Assembly (NCBI GenBank): GCA_964454825.1
Contig: CAYVUJ010000001.1
Location: 1-26,430 of the forward strand
DNA: 26,430 nucleotides
Reading direction: 5' to 3'
Source: an uncultured Lachnospiraceae bacterium
GTDB lineage: Bacteria > Bacillota > Clostridia > Oscillospirales > CAG-272
Positions within the stretch are counted from its first letter, which is position 1. Every line of letters begins with the position of its first letter. Positions 26,271 through 26,430 of the stretch are shown one piece after another. Under the pieces are notes generated by a model. That model was not told the origin of the DNA. It saw only the letters and a list, made by a program, of their open reading frames with translations, and did no database searches. The position numbers and the translations under genes were made by a program.

Positions 26271-26430
26271 ACTTAAGGCAACACCGCACAACTTTCGGCT
26301 GACGCCTTGACGGCCGAGCTGCACCGTCAGAATTGTGCGGTGTTGCCTCAAGTCTGCTGTTTCCCTTGTTCAAGTTTTTTGAAAAGGGGGTCCGGGGGAG
26401 AAACTTTTTTCCAAAAAGTTTCTCCCCCGG
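26271..26430. repeat. Pair of long inverted repeats at the window end (REP/MITE-like element, possibly truncated)
   Basis: 21-bp stem with one mismatch (26271-26291 / 26333-26353) and a perfect 18-bp stem (26392-26409 / 26413-26430) with a 3-nt loop. Confidence 0.65.

Noticed and set aside
20417-26279. ACTTAAGGC shared by the two structured regions (20417-20425 and 26271-26279)
   Set aside because: A single 9-mer match between regions of this size is plausible by chance.
1-26430. CRISPR array, tRNA/rRNA genes, prophage, integrase, transposase or defence systems
   Set aside because: No regularly spaced direct repeats, cloverleafs or matching ORFs were seen.

Overview
A high-GC (about 60%) chromosomal window, most likely from a Clostridia (Oscillospirales/Eubacteriales-like) bacterium; the taxon is inferred from gene content and order. 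It is mostly housekeeping genes. Plus strand: lon (5'-truncated), engB, a site-2 protease, scpA, scpB, DUF2953/ytfI, ytfJ, dacB-like, rluB, an AT-richer nucleoside phosphorylase followed by a 164-bp MITE-like element, a GNAT-like hypothetical and glycerate kinase. A minus-strand ArsR/SmtB - stand-alone HMA - P1B ATPase metal-efflux operon is divergent from two tandem PHP paralogues. tilS-hpt-ftsH then converges on prsA-like-mfd-pth. There is no CRISPR array, rRNA, tRNA, integrase or transposase. The most notable non-coding signal is a densely structured, unassigned ~350-nt region between ftsH and the prsA-like gene (about 20410-20761). It could be a structured ncRNA or a non-autonomous element, and it sits at an inferred rearrangement breakpoint. 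Other signals are the MITE-like element and two long hairpins at the very end of the window. I cannot claim a new system from sequence alone; the 20.4-20.8 kb element is the best candidate.
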